NCBI GenBank assembly: GCA_044222475.1
Contig: JBGANF010000029.1
Location: 1-64,000 of the forward strand
DNA: 64,000 nucleotides
DNA from: Polyangiaceae bacterium
GTDB lineage: Bacteria; Myxococcota_A; Polyangia; Polyangiales; Polyangiaceae
Direction of reading: 5' to 3'
The notes below the pieces were generated by a model, which had not been told where the DNA came from, searched no databases, and saw only the letters and a list, made by a program, of their open reading frames with translations. Every line of letters starts with the position of its first letter. Within the stretch, counting starts at the first letter, position 1. Made by a program: the position numbers and the translations under genes. Below are positions 63,822 through 64,000 of the stretch, piece after piece.

Positions 63822-64000
63822 TCACTTCGGCGGCGGCAACGTCCCGACGCAGACGCCCACTTCGAGGAGCACGTAGAGCAGCGCCTTCTCCTGCGAGAGG
63901 AGCTGGTCGCTCGCTTCGGTGTGGTAGGTGCTGAAGAGCACGCGCCCGCAGCCGTTCTGGAAGCTCACCGTCATCGGCTTTCCGTTGCCGCTCATCCAGA
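63822..64000 (-). CDS. 3' end of a gene running off the window (myxobacterial secreted-protein-like C-terminus)
   Basis: Manual translation ...KPMTVSFQNGCGRVLFSTYHTEASDQLLSQEKALLYVLLEVGVCVGTLPPPK*; not in the ORF track. Confidence 0.7.
   Translation of the reverse strand, partial: WMSGNGKPMTVSFQNGCGRVLFSTYHTEASDQLLSQEKALLYVLLEVGVCVGTLPPPK

Noticed and set aside
63207..64000. Prophage immunity region suggested by the XRE gene and operators
   Set aside because: Neighbours are a PP2C phosphatase and a cellular-type gene end; no phage genes seen

Overview
High-GC bacterial DNA whose gene content (FrzS-like pseudo-receiver, Hanks kinase, Cys-rich lipoproteins, Imm11, long SppA) points to a myxobacterium, probably Polyangiales-like; this is an inference. 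From 0 to 30 kb lies a surface-glycosylation region: a GDP-heptose operon (hddC-hddA-gmhA-gmhB-like), six polytopic GT-C-like membrane proteins, a methyltransferase-GT2 fusion, two methyltransferases, an F-type lectin protein and an epimerase. It is interrupted by a Y1/RAYT-type transposase and by an ~8 kb accessory island (17.7-25.7 kb) bracketed by two broken toxin-antitoxin-like modules. The island holds the best candidate for an undescribed system, a tightly coupled six-gene minus-strand operon. It has two genes sharing a ~125-aa domain (one fused to a LamG-like domain), then two tandem cassettes of [FGE-sulfatase-fold lipoprotein + Gly/Pro-rich protein with an unrelated A/T-richer N-terminus grafted onto a near-identical C-terminal scaffold]. 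This looks like a polymorphic effector/partner locus with inverted polarity. From 30 to 64 kb the genes are mostly housekeeping and signalling (trxA, Ser/Thr kinase, phosphoesterases, tag, sppA, hisIE, FrzS-like, amidohydrolase, nagZ), plus an orphan Imm11, a DabBA inorganic-carbon pump with a frameshifted dabA, and a divergent PP2C/XRE pair with a palindromic operator. No rRNA, tRNA or CRISPR array was recognised. All family assignments come from motif recognition by eye; no searches were run.
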